Shown: positions 13,430 to 26,715, counted from the first letter of the stretch. The stretch is 64,000 bases of DNA from Lama guanicoe (GCA_013239625.1 MU053304.1:2728001-2792000), one strand, 5' to 3'. Translations and numbers: made by a program. Notes: a model not told the origin generated them from the sequence alone.

Positions 13430-14272
13430 TTTCTTCAAAGAAAATATACAAATGGCTAATACATACAGGAAAAGATGCTTACCATCATTAGTCATTAGGG
13501 AAATGCAAATTAAAAACCACAATGAGACTCCTCCTCATACTCACAGTATCGGCTTTAGTCAAAATGACATACAGTAAGTGCTGGTGAGGATGTGGAGAAA
13601 TCAGAACTCTTGTGCATTGCTGACAGAAATACAAAAGTGTGCGGCTCCTTTGGAAAAGAGTTTGGCAGTTCCTCAAAAAGTTAAACATTAGGGTTACCAT
13701 ATGACCCAACAATTCTATTCCTAAGTATACATCCAAGAGACTGGAAACATATGTCCACAGAAAAACTTGTATGCATACGTTTATAGCAGAATTACTCCCA
13801 ACAGCAAAAAGGTGGAAACAACCCAAATGTCCATGAACAGATGAATGGATAAACAGAATGTGGTATATCCGTAAGACACAATAGTATTTGGCAATAAAAA
13901 GAAACAAAGTATTTGCACATTTTATAATGTGGATAAAACTTGAAAACATTATGCTAGTGAAAGAAACCAAACACAAATGGCCATGAACAATATGATCCCA
14001 CTTATATGAAATATCCAGAATAGAGAAACCTATGGAGACTATATATATAACTGATTGCCAGGGACTTGAGGAGAAAGGAATGGGGTGTGACTGCTTTGCT
14101 AATGGGCACAGAGAATCTTTCTTGGGTAATGAAATAATGTTCTGGAGTTAGATAGCAGTGAGGGTTGCGTGACTTTGTGAATATGTTAAAAACCACTGAA
14201 TTGTACACTCTAAACGGGTGAGTTTTGTGGTATGTGAACTCTACCTTCACGAAAAAAACAAACAAACAAAAA
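13430..14272 (+). mobile_element. L1MB-like 3' end with A-rich tail
   Basis: 'ttaccatatgacccaacaattctattcctaagtatacatccaagaga', 'tggaaacaacccaaatgtcca', 'aaccactgaattgtacactctaaacgggtgag'. Confidence 0.92.
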
Positions 14273-15589
14273 TGAGACTGGAGAAGTTGGAAGACAAGAG
14301 GATAAGAGGTGCCAACACTGCTTGAACAGATTAAGGTGACCTACTAGGTAAACTTGGGCCCAAAGCGAGTCCAGGCTCAGCACACCACAATTAGCACTGA
14401 ATTTTGGCCATTTTAAAGCAAACTGCTGTGAAAGTTAAAAATATTTGGACGGGAGTGATCTGTAATTAAATGCAGGCATACTGTCATCAACCCAGACGAG
14501 AGCTATAGCCCTTCATAACTTGAGCAGTAAGTATTAAAATAATTGCATTTCTCCTGTGCACTAGTATCCTGACTATAACTGAAGACTACTTATTTCTTGA
14601 TATTTCAATGACTAGATAGTAATTAGTTTGCTTAAGTTGTCAAAAACAAACATGTACGTCTATCTTCACTTAAATGTGTCCATATGATAAAGTATGTCCA
14701 CTAGCCAAGAACTTAAATAATTCTTTTAAATCTATCATTGTGTAAATGCAGTTTATAGGCTTTTAATCAACCAGAATATTTTATCTTTATCCCAGATCTG
14801 GGATCTTAAATTCAAGCACCTACAATAAGCATGTACTGGTAAAGTAAAAATAAAATGAAGCAGGCAGATGTTGAAGGTAGGAAGAGATGGAAACTGAAAT
14901 AAAAGGGAGAGACCAAGACCATCTAAAGAAAACCCATTCACTCAGGCGCAGCTAATTAAAAAAATAAATTGCTTAGCATAGCAAGATTTACATTTTTAAA
15001 AGGAGTCAGGGGAGTGGGGATTCTATAATTGTAGAGTTTTATGTAGGAAATCTGCCCATTTAAAAAAAATTGGATATAGATTTTTGAAAACAGCTAAGAA
15101 CAATAAATTTCACATCATATTTTTCATTTCAAAAATTTTATTTCATTGAAGACCTTTATGCATATTCAGAAAAAAAATTGTCCTTTTTCTCTAGAATTCC
15201 AGATTCTGTATTTCCAGATTTCCATATTAAACTCCAGAGACCGCTGATGACACTATTATATCATTCAAATATATTTCATCTAATTCTCTGGATGACTGCT
15301 TAATCATTTATCAGATCATTATCAGGCTTTGTACAGTCTGTGTAATTAAATTTAACTAAACTAGGTACTGTCAGTTGGTTGTCTATAAAGTTAACTTTTT
15401 CATTCAAAATGACAAGAGCTTAGTCCATTTACAGAGACAGAATTATTACCATCACTCTGCATTTCCCTCTGGTTAGTGTCATTTTCCACCTGGAAGTCCA
15501 TGGAGCATCTCAAAATCAAAATATGTAAAGGATAATAAATGTTTTGATCATTATATTCTCTGCGTCTGTTTGACTCAATACCATCCTCA

Positions 15590-16090
15590 TAGCTCCTTCA
15601 CCCTTGCCTTGCTCACTATGCAATCAGTTAAGTCCCATTAATTGTCACTCTGAAGTATCTCTCATGTCTGTCCTCTCTTCTCCATCGTCAGTACCATAGC
15701 AATCAGAGCCTTTTTACCCTACAGGTGACCAACAGGAACTCCCACATGCTTCTTTCTAGCCCTCTGGCCAACTGTCTACTCTAGGAAACCTAGCAATTCT
15801 GAATCATTTCACTGATTGGTTTACTCCCCTATCCTAAAAATTCAAGGACTCTCATTGCTTATAAAACAAAGTCTAAACTCTAAAGGGAGGGAAGAAACTT
15901 GTATTGTGTGCCTATGGATAATAAAATAAGCTCTGGTGTCTGATATTCCTGGGCTCAAATTCTGGTTCCATGTTTACTAGCGCACCTCCACTGAGTTACA
16001 TTCCATGATCTGAAACTCCTTAACTGTAATCAGGCTCAATGCTAATCTTAGAAGAGATGGTGTAAGGCTCAGGAAGCAGCCTTTGTGAAG
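15590..16090 (+). mobile_element. L2 fragment followed by MIR fragment
   Basis: L2-like 'ctcattgcttataaaacaaagtctaaactc'; MIR-like 'cctgggctcaaattctggttcca'. Confidence 0.55.
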
Positions 16091-16978
16091 TAGCCAGTAC
16101 ATCGCGGGCTCTTGGAACCGTACTGCCAGGAAGAAACTGGATCTGGAATCTTGCCATCTTTCCTGGCTCTGGACGGTTGGGAGTTGGTCTCCTGAGTCAA
16201 CTGCACAGAGGTCAGAATCAAGAGAAGATGTCCTGAAGACAAACCAGCAAGACTGGGAATAAGGCGGAATTCGTCAGTAAAGCAATGTGCACGTCATTCA
16301 TTACCTCAACTGCCAAACCTCAGAATCACAAAGCAGACCTCATGCCTGAGAACCTGCAGTTTTTACTCCAGTGGAGAATTTTTTGTGTAACCTGCTGACC
16401 TGGGAAGCAAATATTTAAAAAGTAGAAGTAACTTCAGAAGGGCAGTAACAAGAACAATAAAAACTATAAATATGTCAGTAAAAGATGGAGTCCTGGAACA
16501 CTAGCAAAGATTGTTGAATTTAGCCTCTTCCCAATTTCTCAGTCTTTTATCTCCACTACACATTAAACTTACTACTTCACAACTTTTTCCTTAGTTTGCC
16601 CAACATATGGATTGAAATCTAAAATAGCAGTTTATTTTTTGCAGTTTCTATGTTGGAAATTTTCAGTAGGTGTTAGAATATGCATTTACATTTGCTGCAC
16701 CAACAACTTAAGATTACTTTTCTACATTTCTTTGCTGGCAAACAAATGCTGTGTGGTAATAATAATTTTAAACGCCCCTCATTGTTAATGTCCCTTATAT
16801 TGTGTTTTGGTGCAAGCAGAAGGTATCTTCTGTTTTCCTCATCTGAGAAATATGTTCAGTGTCCTGCCTGACTCTGGAAGAGTATGTTCTTGGCAGAAGA
16901 TGGGTTTGCATCTCTCCCAGCTTTCTTATGAAAAGCAACCAGGTTTTTATAGGTGTAGTTTGTGGTCATGGCAATGAT

Positions 16979-17425
16979 TGTCAGGTTCTGTCACCTGCCT
17001 TCCACTGGGTTCCCTGGAAACAGACTCTGAGACAAGAACTATGTGCAGATGGATTGGGGGGTGCTCTTGGATGGTACCTATAAGGAAGTGAGAGGCAGGA
17101 CTGGGCAGAGGCAATGTTGGCCTGCACTGCTATTGTAGTTGAGGCTTTAGCCAATTCTATACAGAGCCCTGGAGCTGGGATAGACCTTTGGTATTGCTCC
17201 AAATTAAGAAAATGTGGCTAGACTGTGTATGTTCCCATCAGCCAGACATTAGCTGCAAGTCACCTCAGAAAAAGCTGCATCCCTGATGGAGGCAGTTCCT
17301 TATGGCTGAGGGCAACTGCCAATAAGGGATAAAGTTGTAACCAGGAGTTAATATTCCCAGAGGTTGGTGGGGCAGGAGAGAAATGGGTGTGTCATCCCTG
17401 GAGAAGAGATCTGGTAATCACTACA
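16979..17425 (-). mobile_element. ERVL LTR (LTR16-like)
   Basis: 'gggttccctggaaacagactctgaga...ggaagtgagaggcaggactgggcagagg...gagccctggagctgggat'. Confidence 0.8.
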
Positions 17426-18459
17426 GCTCCCAAGAGAAATGAAACTCTATGTCATGAACTCATTAGCTCTTGTCTATCCAGCTGACCAGTTGAATGAGAC
17501 TTGACTAACATGGTAGAGGAAATGAAGCTAATCAGCTTGTTTCAATGCTCAGAGCACGACTTACTCTAGTTGTATTATATAACTCAGCAATAGGAGAAAA
17601 ACATGAGGAAAATGAAAGTGAAACTTTTAAATTCTTTATGAACATAAGCTGTTGGAGAGTAACGCCTATTTTACTTTGATACTCTATAAACAGAAATTGG
17701 TTAGATAAATCAAGCAAACAATCAATACAAATTAACTTAGTGTGCCCAGGACTAACTTCAGTATTGTGGAGGGACTTCAACATTCATCTCCCTAACAGCA
17801 TCAGCACTAATTTAAAGCAGGTAAATACCAGGGTTGTTCTTGGCACCATATCATTATTTCAGATATCGGTCATCAGTTTCATTCATCTTTCTTGGCTTTT
17901 GCTCCAACTCCTTTTGTCTTTCTTGTGTCTGTCCCTTCCCAATTTAATATACATTCTTTGCGAATGCTCCTGGGATCTCATTATCACCTCATTCCTGCAT
18001 CCTCCCATCTCACTTTGACCCCAACTTCCCTTACCTTCACTCTTCCAAAACTCAATCTTAGACCTGTCAGGAGGACCCTGTGTTATACAAGGAGAGGTAA
18101 GGACTGAGGATGGAGTCATTCTTCCTGGGTTGTCAGGGCAAACGTTGACAATTGTTGCAACATAGAGAACTTGGCTAAGAGAGGAGGAACTAAGCAAATA
18201 ATCAAGTCTCGTGACACATCTTTCTTGAATTTTCAGGAACATTTGGCGTAATTGATCAATTCTTTTGCTTGAATCATTTTGTTTACGAAGAATTTTCCAG
18301 AAACAGGGTCCCTGAAAGGTCTAATTAGATACACAAAAATGTGAAAAGTTCTTTGTTTGGAATCCACTCTCCTGTGTTTCCTTCTATCTTTCTGGCAGCT
18401 GCCCCTGCCTTTCTGTGCCTGGATCCTTTTCTTCTATAGGTTGGAGGATGTCTAATCTC

Positions 18460-19150
18460 TACAACTTTGTGGAGAATTTGCCACTTGCATCATATGAAGA
18501 GAAGAAAGGGCAAGGGAGTTGAGAGTAATTTCAGGACATTGGTAGTAATGCTGAACAATGGAATCTAAGTCTTTAAAGAAATGAAATGGGAGTATGTAAG
18601 GAGTTATGGGTGATGAGAAAAGTAAAGAGCCAGTAGATTAGAAGACCAATGAGTCAAAGATGGTTCAAATAGAGATAATGGAATGGGTGAAAGACTGGAT
18701 ATGGTTAAAAAAAAAAGTAGAATGCTCAAAATAGAAGTTTCTGACATAGCAATAAAATATCAAAAATATGATTGGAACTTAATCAAGGGTAGGATGTTTT
18801 TCATTCATTTACATAAATGTACAAGATTAGTAGTGAAAAAAAGAGTGAGACTAGGTGTTCCAATGTTCAACAGGTAAGAGGGAAATATTTTGATATTAGA
18901 AGAAAACCACTATAAGTGAGAATAATGTGTAGATAGTATTAAGCCAATTATTTCAAAGGAATTATTTTTTTTCACCTTTGTATTCACTTCTTTACTGTTA
19001 ACATAGGAAGAGTATTCTTGGAAGTAGCGATGGGGAGTAAGTAGGATGTCTACCTCATCTCAAGAATCTCTGGAAATTGTTTTGTGGTGGAAAGGAGATG
19101 GGAATAGCCATTTCTTCAGGGAGCCACCCAGCAAACAGTGTTCTTAAGGA
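18460..19150 (-). mobile_element. L2 internal fragment
   Basis: Purine-rich degenerate sequence typical of antisense L2 ORF2. Confidence 0.45.
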
Positions 19151-19299
19151 ATTAGCACATTTTCATTAAATTCATAAGGTAAAGGAAATATTCAGATAAA
19201 TGTTTAGAGATAAAATACATGTTACAAATGACAGTCTGTAAGTTGCAGAGGGCTTTGAAAGGGTTAGAGATATATGAAAATTTGGTTCCATTGAGGGTA

Positions 19300-19752
19300 T
19301 GTTTTAGGTCAGGTTTTCCACAATATGACTCAAAATGGATTTGCATGAAAGAAGTTTGTATATGAGGGTTCTCTGGAACAGCATCTTTTAAGGAGTGAAG
19401 AAAACAAGATTGCACAGAAGTAGAAGTCACACTTTAATGCAGTTGTAGCAAAGGCTTCAGCTGATCCCAAGGGGAGCTTGGAAGCTAAGATGGCCCTTCA
19501 AAGATATACTGAATTTAGTCAAAGAGGTAAGCCTGCTTAACTTATCTCCCCTGCATTGACTAGCCTTTGTGTGTGGATCATCCTTAGAGAGAATATAACT
19601 TTGGATGAGGTAGTTTCTTTAGACTGTGAACACTTCCCCTGCTGATGGATTATGCTGTGAGTCATCAGTAGCCAACACTTCTGGCAGCTAAGGGAATGAG
19701 AACCTCAGATTCGAAAAAGGAATATGGATAGAATAGAACAGCATTCACTACA
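19300..19752 (-). mobile_element. ERVL LTR (LTR16-like), 3' LTR of the adjacent internal remnant
   Basis: Same family pattern as 16979-17425 ('aaaggcttcagctgatcccaaggggagcttggaagctaagatggcccttca'). Confidence 0.8.
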
Positions 19753-20285
19753 GTCCAACACTTGCACCACTGAGATCCACTTGCTTCCTTCACTTCTTCC
19801 GGCATTTAGTTTGGCTGCTTCTCCTGGAGAAATTTACAAGAATGTTAGTGTCCCTCGTGTTTCAACTAATACTAGTCACTCTCTTCTACTGTTCACTTTA
19901 GGTTCCCTTCAACCTCAACTAGTGCTTCTGCTGGTCTAGGTGGCTTACCAGGTAAAACATCTCAAATCTTCAATGTCTAAGAGGAATGAGCCCTTGGTCA
20001 TAATGACTACCCTATCAAAATTTACCACCAAATTTTGTCAGGAAAGTAACAGGAGATACCCAAGTGGATGACCTAGATGCCAAAGAAACTCTTTTCTGTA
20101 CACCCGATCTCTTGGGAAACAGCTTAAATAAACCAGATGGCATCCATAGCTTCCAACTGATAAAACCCTTGCTGTGTTTCCTGGTGAAATCATTACAGCT
20201 CTGAGAACCAGGACCACTAGACCTTCACAGCCTAGAATTGCAAGGACAGGAAACAAATTCCTTAAATGATTCTCCAGGATTGATG
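19753..20285 (-). mobile_element. ERVL internal remnant (end of pol / dUTPase-like region)
   Basis: ORF 20038-20256 FPVLAILGCEGLVVLVLRAVMISPGNT matches the remembered ERVL LPVPATLCSAGLEVLVPEGGMLPPGDT; contiguous with the LTR. Confidence 0.8.
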
Positions 20286-20739
20286 GAATATATCAGGTAA
20301 TGTCTAGTCAAGGGATGAAACCACGTAGTAATTTAAACAGGAGTAAAAAGAATTCTAAATGACATACTAATGACAGACACAGAGAACAGTCATTACCTAG
20401 AGTGTAGTGCATTTTCTGAAATTCCAGTGCCTGAGAACGCTGGCACTATTCTGAGGTCACAGAACCTAAGGAATCTAGAGGTCACTTGAATCCTTGTATA
20501 ATTTCACATATAATTAGTTACTATTTGCCCAAGACTTTGGTTTAGGGATATTGCTTCTCTATATCTATTTTCAACATCTACTAAATAAAGATAAAAATAG
20601 TAACCCACTTCATGCTGCTGCTTTAAAATTAGGTTTCTTAAATAAGTAGCCTTGTGTAAAGCACTTGAATGGAGAGCCATTCAAATACTCCTTGGGGCTG
20701 TAGGGAAAAAAAAACAAACAAACCTAAAAAGTCTTTATG

Positions 20740-20980
20740 ACTATTCTGGTTATGCATTGTTACATAATAAACCATCTTAAAACCTGGTGGGTTAACATGA
20801 CAATTTATTATCACCTGTCATGTTTCTCTGGGTTGACTGGTCTCAGCAGGGTGGTTCTCATGAAATGGGAAGCTGACAGTTGCAGTCAGATAACAGATGG
20901 GGCTGCAGTCATCTGAAAGCTAGATTAGGCTGAATGTCCAAGGAAGCTCATTCACGTGGCTGTCAGTTTCTGCCGGAAGC
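20740..20980 (-). mobile_element. MaLR LTR fragment (MLT1H-like)
   Basis: 'ctgggttgactggtctcagcagggtggttctc...ggggctgcagtcatctgaaagct'. Confidence 0.75.
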
Positions 20981-21289
20981 AAGTTTCATGACATTTTTCC
21001 ATGTGTAGATTTTGACATACGTCACAGAATTCATCAAGTTAATTGGCTGTTAAGCAAAAGTGCTATTAAGTATTCAATGAAATATAGTTTCCTTTAAAAC
21101 TAGTTTATTGGCTTTCATTTCAGTAAGAGCTCGTAGTTACATCTTCTTCCTGTGCCATGTTCCCTGAAACAAGCTAAGCCCTGAAACGACTGTTAAGAAG
21201 CACGAGTTTACACGGTTGAACAAATCACTCAGTGACTAGAGAATGGGAAAGTCCGTCCATCTTAGAGAAAGTAGATAGATCACTAAAAT

Positions 21290-21420
21290 AGTGGCACAAT
21301 GTGGTTAAGGATCAGGCTTTGCAGGCGTTCAGAGCTGGGTTTGAATCCCAGCTGTGTTCTCAAGACATGGTTTCCCCTTTTAAAAAATGTGGATATTACC
21401 TACCTCAACATATCCTAGCA
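21290..21420 (+). mobile_element. MIR fragment
   Basis: 'gtggttaagga..caggctttg...ctgggtttgaatcccagct'. Confidence 0.7.
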
Positions 21421-22637
21421 AGCAATAGATGACACTATGTTTCTTGGTTATAATTTTTATTACAATGTTTTTTGAAAATTTATGTTTTCCACATCTTTAG
21501 TGAGAAAGTAGTCACATACATAGAGCAGCATTTTATCTACTCTCTACATAAATTGTTAAAGCAGCTTTTTAAGAAACCATTTTTCATGGTTCTACAGAGG
21601 ATAGATCTGTTTTTAAAGAGTTTTTTTTTAAATGAAAAGAATAACATCAATGTATTTCTCCAACTAAATCTGATAAAAGATAACATTTCTCAATACATCC
21701 TCTTGCTATCCGACATCACAGTACTTTATAGAGCAGTACTTGCAAGTAGCTTGTAGATGAGACATTAATATTTATTACCTGAATAAAATTTTAATATTGA
21801 TTAACATTCATCATCAAATTGTACTCTCTAAGCAACCATTTGCTTGATCCTAATGAGTAACAGAATTATGCTTCTAAAAGAGGTATTAAATCCAAATCAT
21901 TCTAATATCTTCTATCGATTAACAGACAATTTTATCTATGCCACTAAATTACTTCAGTGATTTTCATTCACTAATTGCCTTACTTCTGTCCTTCTGTCAG
22001 TCCTTAGCAGTATCAATCAGGTATTTGACCTTACAGTTAGACAGAAATAGCACTTGTTAAAGTTGTAATTGGTATGTTCTAGTGTTAACAACACATTCAT
22101 AGCCCTTTGGGGATAGCTATATTTCATTTCTTGTTACTGAATAAACTAATCACATGTTGGTTTGACAAACTGTATTTTGGTTTGAAATAGGAATTAATGG
22201 CAATATTTATCTAAGGATTAGTAAATTCCGTTTCAGCCTGTGGCAGACTAGGAGATAAGAAACTCCTATCCTAGGAAAACTTGGTACAAAATTAATAAAA
22301 TGAAATTCAACAGAATTATATGTATAGCTCTACAATCAGATTCAAAATGAATCAAACAAAACTGTATGGGAAAGATCCTTTTTAAGATCAACTCATGTGA
22401 AAAAGTTACTCAAAAACTTAGCTAAAGCCAAGAAGAAGATGATGTAGATGTGTTAAAAATTGAAGTCTTAGGCTGCATACACAGAAACATAATATCTTTA
22501 TTTACAAAACTGGAATAAGCCACTGCATCTTTCTTGTGTGTTTTTTAAAAGTTAATACAGCTAATACAATATTATGAACACAGAGTATAGACTTATACAA
22601 ATGAGAAAAAAGTGGAATGATAAAGTCAGCTGTAGCA

Positions 22638-23245
22638 GGACTTCCTTTCTAACCATAACAGAATAGCTTACATCTGACCTATCATGCTGCTGCAAATAAC
22701 TAATTCATTTGAATGTATGTTCTGTAATACTGTTTGAATGTTTGCAGTCATGGACAGCATTCAGCACTAAAGTCCTTGAGGAAAGAGAGGCACAACAGGT
22801 GACCCACACTCATCTGGCTTCCTCATTCAAGACGTTCTTTGTGACGCTGGTGCTAGGAAATAGAACACGCACAGGACAGAGGCTTTCTGCATGGGAAAAA
22901 AAACAAAACAAAACAGAGACTGAAGTTTGGATTGCCAAGACAGTTGAGAGCAGATTACTGCAGAAGAAGGACATGCAGAAAATGAGCCCTGAATATCTAA
23001 ATATATATATATTCAGTTCTTTGGGTGAATCCCACCTGCACATGGACACGGAAAAACTTTGGAAGGCTTAGCAGGGAACAGCCACTGGAAGCCTGGAGAG
23101 ATGAATGTAGATTTCAGAGATCTCAACATGATGGGGAGTACTGGAATTTGGATATTACTAGATGGAGAGACTTTGGTGGACATCTTGGGATTTCAGTTGA
23201 GATTCCAAATACTCTCCAAGTAAGAATCACTTTCTAGGGCAGTAG
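22638..23245 (+). mobile_element. Old L1M 5' region
   Basis: 'ggacttcctttctaaccataacagaatagc', 'ctgaagtttggattgccaagacag' resemble L1MC/MD 5' ends. Confidence 0.6.
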
Positions 23246-24617
23246 AGTCTGTTGTGGATGCATCAGGTGAAAGGCAAAAGCTGTAATATAGGACCCTGAG
23301 TAGTGAACACAGCAGCAAAGGGTCCTTAACCATGGGTCTAAGCAGATTAAGTTAGCAGTCTTTCAAGGAAGTATCTTATTATGTCTTAGTGTGGTTTAGA
23401 ATATGTTATTTCGCTTGCCTTATGGGTGAAATGAGATCTACTGCTGCCAGGCAGTTGGCAGGGAACTTAGGGTTTTGCAAGCATTTTGATAGAAGAAAGA
23501 TTCATAGGGCAAGCAGCTAACAATTTCAGAAAAATAGTATTCTATACGGTCTTCAGGGTGGATCAGTGGGAGGAATTGTTGCAAACCGGCCTCCAGGTCA
23601 CTTCCCTCCTGGTGGGAAGGCAATCTGGGGCAGGGAGGAATCCCAATGGTTTATAAGGTTGGGGCATGTCATCTCCCTTTGTTGTTCTCTGGGCTGGGGT
23701 GATGTCTTCTGAGGTGCTTGTGTACTTGAATGTGACAGAAGCCAGCCCGGGGCAGGGGGTGGGGGATTGTCTTCCCAGATGGAAACCCATGAAGGGTAAG
23801 TGGGAGTATCTGGCTGGTGTTAAGTTCTGAGTACATGTGCTATTGGCTCAGGATGGCATTACAGGTATGGGCTTTACTGCAATTTGAGCAGATCTCATTA
23901 AGCTCTTTCGAATCATCAAGGATCCACCTTGCAAAGGAGCACTGGTTATCCTGATTGAGTTTTGTGGGGACTCTGTCCAAGATGCATACAAATTCTGGAC
24001 ACATTGATTAAGGACATTTTGTGGATGGCAGCTTTACAATTCTGAGACTGTCCCATCAAAATTATAGAAAGATCATTAGCACACAAATCTGCCTGCCAGA
24101 TGGGTCTGCTTTGGTTACACTGGGAAAGCCATTTCACCTGGGATTATTTTGAGGCATAGTGTAAGGAGAAAGAGACCCACTTAAGCATCATTTCCACTGG
24201 CAACATTTCCTGTAAAGAGATGTGAGCTCTGGTTCAGAATTCAAGCCTGGGGGCACTCTGGCTGAAACCCTTCTAATAGAGCCTGCTAGCATCTGGTTCT
24301 CAATCATTCTGAGTGCATGTGAGCACCTAACTGAATTTGTTCCAGCACATCTCCTGGGACAGGGATAAGCCTGAAGGGTCTACTAGCAACCTTACTCTCC
24401 AGGTTGTGCATGACAACAACAGCCGCAACAAAGAAGAACATTTGCACTTGACTAGTTTTCAAGGGTCTCCTTTAGGGCAAGCAGTTTGGATACTGACCCA
24501 TGAAGAAGTGTGATTGCTTTGGAGCAAGAGCTCATGCTCACTTCCTTGTGTAAAGTGATGTAGGGACTTGACCCAAATCCACTGATAGGACAGCTGGATT
24601 CTGCGGTTCCTTTGTGG

Positions 24618-25930
24618 TGTAAGCAAAGAAAAATCATTTTTCCTCCATCTTTCTATGTTCTGGCTGAGATTCTCCCCCTATAATAAAAGACAGATTAACA
24701 GGAGGAAAACAAACAGAAGTTTAATAGCATGTATAACTCCTGTATACATGAGCAATATTACTAAACCAAGCCTGATGTGCGGCAAAGCTTATCTATTGAT
24801 ACCCATTGTAGTGAGGGAAATTACAGCATTTATTACAGGGCACCAAGCATGGAGAATGGGCATCTAATCCTCAAAAGAGCCGAACTACCCAATGTCTTTC
24901 AGGGAAGGGTTTTTAAAGGCAGGATTTGGAGTGAATGTTTCAGGGTGCATGGTTTTCTCTGATTGGTTGGTGATAAGTTAACAGGGTAAGGTTTTAGGAT
25001 TTTTTTTTTTTTAATCTTAATCATCAACCTTTTGGTTCTAGCCATAATAGAGTCTATGTGCTGTAGTCAGCATGTAGTCACTGTCCTCTGCCTGGGTGGG
25101 AGGGTCTTAGTTTCTGCAGGAAAACTCAAAATAATATGTGTCAGATTGGGTCATGTATATCCTTTGAGGAGGAACTAGGACTCTGTGTTATTGCTGAACT
25201 ATTGTTTAAGTGATTATTACTTTCCTTGCTTGCCTGCCTTCCTTTGTTTCTACATTCCTCACTTCTCTAATTAGTAACTCTTTGGAATACAGGGAAGGCC
25301 TAGGAAACTAACGTCTTTTTCCATAAACAAAAATTAGGGAACACAGAGGGGCTTTTGTATCCAAGAAGGCCCTGCAGGGTCCTGCTCAGTTTCAATCCAC
25401 CTGCTTCTTTGATACCCCTCAATCCTGAGAACAGCAGAAAGACAAGAAAGGGAATAAAGTTTTGGATAGACAGGCTAATCTTAAACTCAGCAGGGAATTC
25501 TGTTTTGGAGAGAATCAGATTCAAAGATGCCCAGGAAAACTGATTACTCCCAAACTGAGTTAAGCCATGGCCTTAAAGACCAGCTCCAGCTAAAAATAAA
25601 AGTATTGCGGTTAGGGGAGGCCAGCTGTGGGAGGTAATCAGGAAAAGCACAACAAACAAAGACATGGTTATTATGCAGATTTAAATTCAAGCCTTCTCTA
25701 TTGGTAAGAGTTTCTAGAGGTTTGGTCATCTTCCTCTTCCAGGTATAGAGAGAAATATTCCCTTTCAAATGGAGATTTCCCTTATAAATGTAAACATCTG
25801 TTACAAAAGGGTAACTTCTACTCGGTTTCCAGAGCTTTCCCTCTGTTTGCCATTTCTAAAATATGATCATCTTAAAATAATCTTTATGCCTAGGAGGCAT
25901 ATTGTGGAATGGCAATTTTTGCTTCTTTTA
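24618..25930 (-). mobile_element. ERV1 MER4-group LTR (MER34/MER39-like) inserted in the EBLN-like element, itself interrupted
   Basis: TG at 24618, TA (decayed CA) at 25929-30; near-TSD gtgg (24614-17) / gtag (25931-34); 'aaaagacagattaacaggag', 'aaataatctttatgcctaggaggcatatt'. Confidence 0.8.
24756..25525 (-). mobile_element. Younger ERV1 3' LTR (MER41-like, 24756-25394) plus ~130 bp internal sequence
   Basis: LTR end 'gggtcctgctcagtttca' at 25394; the minus strand reads purine tract AAAGAAGCAGGTGGAT then TGAAAC; 'catttattacagggcaccaagc'. Confidence 0.8.
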
Positions 25931-26264
25931 GTAGATTTTATTTCCTAACGTGACTGGCATCCACTAGGCGAGGGGCTCTTTTCCTCTTTCTCTCTGAGAT
26001 CCGCATGGTTCTGCTAGTGAATCCTGGGGCTGTAATTCCAATCTCTTGCAAAATTTTTGATGAATATGGTTTAATTAACCAAACAGTGAGGCAAATCTGG
26101 TTGCCTTCACTTTGCAGCTGGTGTTGAGCCATTGTCTGAGCCAATAAAATCTGTATAATCACGATCTCTAAGAAACATGGTAGGCTTTTGTTCCCTTGGG
26201 CTATTACAAGAGGGTCATTTTGCTCTTTTTGAGGTCATCAAAAACACAAGTCCTAAATGCCTTG

Positions 26265-26715
26265 TATATTAGTTTCCTGTTAATGTTATTAAAAAATTAG
26301 AACAAACTTAGTGGCTTAAAAAATACAAATTTACTATCTTACAGTTCTATAGTTTGGAAGTCCTCAAATCAAAAGTTCAGCAAGAATGTGTTCATTCTGG
26401 AAGCTCTAGGGAGACTCCATTATCTTTCCTTTTCCAGCTTCCAGAGGATGTCTTCATTAAGGAATGACCCCTTCCTCTCACCACTCCAACTCTGCTTTTA
26501 TCTTGACATCTAACTATCCTTAGCTATGCCTCTAACTGTACTACTTTCCTCTTTAAAAAAGCCTTGTGATTATAATAAAGACAATCTGGATAAACCAGGA
26601 AAATCCTCCTAACTCAGTATCTTTGACTTATTCACATCTTATTTACACATTTACAGTTTCTGGAGATTTGGACATGGACATCTATGGGGGAAGGGACACT
26701 ATTCAGCCTACTGCA
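26265..26715 (-). mobile_element. MLT1D-like solo LTR splitting the EBLN-like reading frame
   Basis: 'tatattagtttcctg...acaaacttagtggcttaaa' to 'ctattcagcctactgca'; decayed 5-bp TSD ccttg/catgg. Confidence 0.88.

Noticed and set aside
13488..13976. 162-aa minus-strand ORF
   Set aside because: Antisense reading of an L1 3' end, a common artefact.
23560..23760. Resemblance to foamy-virus Env (YTSTSEDI; RLPSHQEGSDLEAGLQQ)
   Set aside because: Two short matches in different frames with no supporting upstream Env motifs; the adjacent sequence fits a nucleoprotein far better.
25938..26162. ORF as retroviral Env signal peptide with RKRKR furin site
   Set aside because: No fusion peptide, immunosuppressive domain or CX6CC follows; better explained as part of the N-like frame.
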